From Ostrea edulis (Eukaryota): a stretch of 64,000 nucleotides of DNA. A model generated the notes under the pieces. It saw only the letters and a program-made list of their open reading frames with translations. It was not told the DNA's origin and did no database searches. Made by a program: the position numbers and the translations under genes. Positions 61,861-64,000 of this stretch are shown one piece after another; the stretch's first letter is position 1; each line of letters starts with the position of its first letter. The stretch is taken from assembly GCF_947568905.1 (NCBI RefSeq), contig NC_079168.1, positions 49,290,001 through 49,354,000 on the forward strand, in the 5' to 3' direction.

Positions 61861-62899
61861 AGAAGAAGAAAAAAAAAACACCCCAGAAATTCACACTAAA
61901 ACTAATGTGTCTCCCTTCTGGGAAGGGTATTTGTATTTCAGCGCATTGTAGGATGACACTAAAAATACAATAGAAAGGGGGAGTAGTATGTGAAGAAAAT
62001 GTTTTATAAACCGAATATCTTACATTACAACTGAATCTTTGACATACATATTTTTACTAAAAGATAACTTCCAACGACCATGCCTTTGTATACATCTTTC
62101 ATCAACACTTAAACTGTCTGCCGTCGAGGCACCACCTGACCTGAGTTAGTGAATACCCAGCAACAGACCCATATAAACAAGTATATGTTGGTAAACTTTT
62201 CTCGAGTACCAAGAGGTTTGGTGCCCAGCGAACCGAGGGGCCAAATCGAGTGGCGAGAGAAAAGTTTAACAACATACTTAGTACAAAGTTTCACATGAGA
62301 AATTAAAACTATTCACAGTCTCTGATGAATGTATCAAAACCCTTTTGCATTTCGTATGCTTTAATCAAGATCATCAGCATTTATTTTGTGTGGTGCAATT
62401 TTGTGTTGGCCGAATTTGATGATTAGTGCCCTCAAGGGGAGTTTACCTGTATTCAACGGCCAGGTGAGGTGTACAGTGAGTAGTTTTCAAGAATTATTAG
62501 GGTTTTTTTTTCTATACATTTAAAACATCTTCATCCATGTTTCAAGAGTTTCTACCATGTCTTTTCAAAAATGGTTTTATGTATTAAATTAATACTATTC
62601 TTTTGGGCATTTTCGGGAATGATAGACATGCGGGCATGCGTTTTTTAAATTTCATTTCTGAAAATGTGGTTGAAAACAAAATATTTGGATGACCTGGGTA
62701 ATCGAATATGCTGACAGAGTAATTTAAAACTACCCCTGTGTCCTTGCCATATGCGGGAGCTGGTCCGATCCAATTGGAAATGGCTGTCAAAGGCCTCATT
62801 CACATTGACAATGTCCTCGCTTTAAACCTCCAAAATGTCAGAACGCTTTTCTGGGGTCTGCTTACAGTGGAGCTGCCACCTTCTATGTCTGAACCTTCA

Positions 62900-64000
62900 G
62901 ATGGTGGTCAACAAGTCTAACTCTAAGATTATCGTCACACTGAGTGGCATTATCCTTGGATGGCCCTTGAGATGTGGCAAGAGGGATGATGTCATCTACA
63001 TCATTCAAGAACTCTCCCCAGTTTTAGTGGTCACGACGACAATAGTGACACCATCTACAGGCAAGATCTTGTAATTCAAAATCTCCATGGTAAAAGGGGC
63101 ACTCATCGTGGTATTTAAACATTCCCTATGTTGAATTTGCACGTTGTATTGGCTCAATTCTTCCATACAACGAGAATCTGACCTTCTGGATAACGGAAGT
63201 TTAGTAACCACTGAAGGTTACTATGATCCGTACAAATCGTAAACTGGTCTTCCAAACAGGTAATACCGATAATATCAGGTAAATGTTACAACCGCTAGTA
63301 ATTCCTTACAAGTCGTACAGTACCGTTTCTGTTCTGGAGGAGGAGCGATGCTAGCATACGAAATTGTTCTCTCTTGACCCTCCTGCATCTGAGATAATTC
63401 CGCTCCTAAGGTAAACTCGGAGACGTCTGTATCCAAAATAAAGTGACCTTCTCTGGTTGTTAATGTAAGAAATGGAGCACTTGTGAGAACCAGTTTCATT
63501 TTATCAAAAGCCGACTGTTGCCCCCCCCCCCCCCCCCCCCTGTGAAACCTGTTCTTACCTGTGACTGCATACGAAGGAACTGCCATTTCGTGGGTAGGTG
63601 TTTGGTGCGTTGCAATAATCAAATCTCATCTTGTTGAACTGAAACATTCCATATTTGGTTATGAATGAAGTTTTTCCTTATCAGAATCCTTGATTTTAAT
63701 CTGCAAATAGGCACAGTTTGCATCTAGTTTAGAAAACAACAGATTCCACGTCAATGTATCAAGTCATTCATCCACTAAAGGCAGAAGAAATACATCCTTT
63801 TTAGTGACTGCGTTTAATGCCCTATAGTTTATACACCAAACGTAGAGTCCCATCTTTTTTCCGTACTAGTACTGGTGCTAAAGCCCCTTCAAATGTTGAG
63901 AGTTCAATTACTGCTGCGCTTAGCATTTTGTCAAGATGTTTTTCTTCCTCATCGGCATAACAAGCTGGCGTCCGCCGTTGTTTAATCAGCCTAGAATCAC
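62900..64000 (-). pseudogene. Degenerate Ty3/Gypsy pol (RT and RNase H fragments)
   Basis: APVLVRKKDGTLR..CINYRALNAVTKKD (frameshifted), FSKLDA, AFDKMKLVLTSAP, FILDTDVS, YCTTCKELLAVV, EELSQYNVQIQHR; stops and deletions present. Confidence 0.9.

Overview
AT-rich, repeat-dense eukaryotic DNA. It is very likely bivalve (Crassostrea/Magallana oyster-like); I infer this from Cg170/HindIII-like ~165 bp arrays inside Helitron-type elements and bivalve-type SINEs. Two spliced minus-strand genes were reconstructed by hand. (1) Kinesin light chain (KLC): coding exons run from 23850 to 537 and the 3' end lies beyond the left edge. (2) eIF5: complete, 10 coding exons, 451 aa, 53778 to 49586. Highlights: KLC has two tandem-duplicated exon pairs in its TPR cargo-binding domain (88/88 nt and 90/90 nt, probably mutually exclusive). 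It also has a candidate competing RNA-pairing switch around one pair, a candidate 90-nt cassette exon encoding a JIP1-like Y-acidic motif (DLYVE), and a 33-nt start-codon exon. A full-length RTE LINE with an intact ORF and 12-bp TSD begins exactly at the predicted cleavage site of an HDV-like ribozyme fold. The eIF5 leader has a spliced uORF with two in-frame poor-context AUGs overlapping the main start. The rest is MITEs and non-autonomous DNA transposons, SINEs, a second truncated RTE, RTEX-like and Gypsy relics, and satellites. All calls come from manual reading; no searches were run.
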